Source: Callorhinchus milii (Eukaryota). Taken from it: a DNA stretch of 64,000 nt. Of the stretch, positions 61,461 to 64,000 are shown piece by piece; the first letter of the stretch is position 1, and every line of letters starts with the position of its first letter. Below the pieces are notes generated by a model. It did not search any database, was not told the DNA's origin, and saw nothing but the letters and a program-made list of their open reading frames with translations. Both the position numbers and the translations under genes were made by a program. The stretch spans positions 24,988,001-25,052,000 of the forward strand of contig NW_024704742.1 in NCBI RefSeq assembly GCF_018977255.1. Reading direction: 5' to 3'.

Positions 61461-63140
61461 ACATGGATTCCGCTTGAGCATGCAAACAGCTCATGGAAGT
61501 GTAGTTTTGAGCCTAACTTTGCACGGTGCTCTTTAATGAGCTAAAGTCAGGTTGTAAATCTTGTGTAAGCTGCACTGTCTCGAAGCAGAATGAAGTGGAG
61601 CCTTGGCTGCTGGGAGCACCTCAAGGAGAGTGTTCCTGCAGCGTGTTGAATCTCTCACCATTACAGTGCGACGGCAGATAGTGCTATTCATCCGGCCTTC
61701 ACTTACAAATGGTCTCTCAAAGCTTCTTGGGTGGTTCAGGTGGTTAGAAGCAGCCCCTCTGCCCCCCCACCCGCAGTTCCTGGGGAGAGCGGGAAGTATC
61801 AATTGAGCTCTGCTCCGAATCGCTGGAAGTCACATCCAGCAGCATAAAACAAAGCATAGAGTTATTAGATAATAATAATTCTTGCATTTGATATAGCACC
61901 TTTCACGTCAAGACAACTCAAAGCGCTTCACAGGATATATTGTAAAGTGGAGTGGGTGAATGCAGCAGCCAATTTCTGGACACAAATGGCTATGGAATGA
62001 ATGACTCATTTTTTTGGGGGGGGGGATTTGTTGGACAGATGGCAAATCAGAACCTGGTTAAAGCTACCATTGAAGGGAGATTTGCTGGTGGTCTCAGTAA
62101 TGGCTTCAGGCAGATCTTGGCTTTAGATAGTTCTGAGCTTGGTTATAATTTCATGCCTTATGACTGTGACCATCTCTGTCAGAAACTGATCAAATCCAGG
62201 CTTGAATACTGTTTGGGAAAGAGGGGATCATCTGGCAAGTCAAATTCCTGGAGATATTGCCCTGTGCCTATTATTTCTTCCTCTTATTTTGCCAAAAAAT
62301 ATTTGAATGAAGTGAACACAAGAATTATATCGATGAAGGTTAGGACATCCATTTTTTTAAAAAATAAAAAGCTTTGCAGTAGGTATGTGCGTGCCTCTCA
62401 TATCCTTGAACGAAAATCTGTGGTTTCTCCTCAAGCTAAATAGTTTCTATTAGTGAATACCCTTGAGTGCAAGTCTCGCGGGAGTGATGTCAGTAGGTAA
62501 CAGAACTGACACCATTGGCTACTAATGTCTTGAAACGTAATCTGTTGCTTGGGGACAAGGTTGTAATAACATCCAGCCTGTGCTGGTGAGGTGAGTTGGA
62601 TAGTGATTTGAGGTGTGGCATTGCTTAAAGCTCCTGCAATATCCCAAAATCCAATGCGTGGACAAGTACCTTGTCAGTGCATTTCATGATCTGATTGAAT
62701 GCAGTAAACTCCTGATAATTCGACCGTGGCTTAACATGTCACTACCACTTAAGTCATTGTGGTATCAGTATCCCAGCCGCATTTATTTATGTATGCGTGA
62801 TCAGACTCTGTAACTGTATGCCTAACTCTCTACGCATGATAACTCGTCTCTGAGTCACTTGGAGCGACGAGTTAATTGGAATTTACTGTAGTGGTACTGT
62901 TTACAACGCCCCTGGCAATGAATGACTTATTAGCTTGGCAGACTAGCTATGTATTCTCACTTGAAGAAAGGGCTAAATTACTTAATAATATAATAATAAT
63001 CCTTGCATTTGATATAGTGCATAACCATGTCGTTGAGACATCTCAAAGCGCTTTAAGGAATATCCTGTAAAGTGGATTGACTGTGTATTTTGTGGCTGAA
63101 CTTTGTTCTATAATGGAGATATTTTACTGGTTGTTCTTAG

Positions 63141-63290
63141 AGCTGATCTCATGGACCCATCTGTCGAGTACAACATGAACCACAAAAGACGTGGACTCGC
63201 CTTAATCTTCAACTATGAGCACTTTTTCTGGTACCTTGGAATGCCCATGAGACGAGGCACGAATGCTGACAAAATGAATCTGGAAATCAG
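63141..63290 (+). CDS. CASP6: Caspase-6 large-subunit exon
   Basis: MDPSVEYNMNHKRRGLALIFNYEHFFWYLGMPMRRGTNADKMNL, the caspase-6 signature; phase 2-2. Confidence 0.95.
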
Positions 63291-63404
63291 GTTTGAACGT
63301 TTTCCTTGTGCTGATGTCCTGGTCTTGTTCTAAGACATTTTGACGTGATCAGATGCTGTATCAAGTGCAATCGTCAATATGTTTTTTTTCATGTTTCACT
63401 TTAG

Positions 63405-63481
63405 ATTGGAAAATCTTGGTTTTGAAGTTCAGGCTTTTGATAACCTCAAAGCAGCAGAGGTTTTGGAGAAAATTCATCAAG
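63405..63481 (+). CDS. CASP6: Caspase-6 large-subunit exon; gene continues beyond the window
   Basis: LENLGFEVQAFDNLKAAEVLEKIHQ, 77 nt, G|GTAAC donor. Confidence 0.93.
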
Positions 63482-64000
63482 GTAACAGGCGAATATTCTT
63501 TTCATTAAATTCTGTTGTCCTTCAGTGGGTAGCGGATAGTCCGGTAAACCTGAGCACAGCTACAGTAACGCATTGCTTTCATTAACTTAGGTTTGGCAGG
63601 TAATTCTATATAAAGCTAAAGGCTATATAATATATATATATATTAGATCAGCTGCTGTAACTGGCCTGGTTTTCAGATGGTTATGAATGACAATGAAAGT
63701 GATTGTTGAAAAATGCTGTCTTATCAAATCCTCACATTAAGTGAAAATGTAACCCATTACAACATCCAGCACACAGGATAGAAAAATTAACGTTAACAAG
63801 CTTGTGAAAATAAGTACGCATTCTACTTAATTAAATACAAAACTACAATACAAAATTACATTTGTATAGCGCCTTTCATGTTGGGAGGACATCCCAAAGC
63901 GCTGTTTCCTTGTTGCCAAAAGAGCTGTTTCCTTGTTTCCAAACTTGACAGAGGCAATTGGGAATATAGTAATTATTGTTTGATATTCTGCATGATACTG

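Noticed and set aside
61952..62443. 163-aa ORF in a CASP6 intron
   Set aside because: Begins inside a SINE remnant, has no recognisable domain, and is not needed for the CASP6 exon chain.

Overview
Vertebrate genomic DNA, most likely a cartilaginous fish (inferred from the repeat content and protein divergence; a chimaera such as Callorhinchus is my best guess). It holds three spliced + strand genes. An LRAT-family retinol acyltransferase has coding exons 8314-8769 and 22466-22618, plus a probable TATA/Inr promoter and non-coding exon near 7081-7143. A complete complement factor I gene has 14 coding exons over 30328-48876 (629 aa by my assembly, all splice phases compatible). The 5' part of caspase-6 starts at 52616 and runs off the window end. 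The rest is dense with L2- and CR1-type LINE fragments, tRNA-derived SINEs sharing an L2 3' end, two Penelope-like fragments with hammerhead ribozyme motifs, and simple repeats. Almost all ORFs in the supplied track are repeat-derived or spurious. I found no convincing wholly new biological system. The best leads are the hammerhead motifs, the covarying LINE/SINE 3' stem-loop, the odd LRAT exon context, the gene order, and several local duplications and inversions. All family assignments come from recall and manual reading, not database searches.
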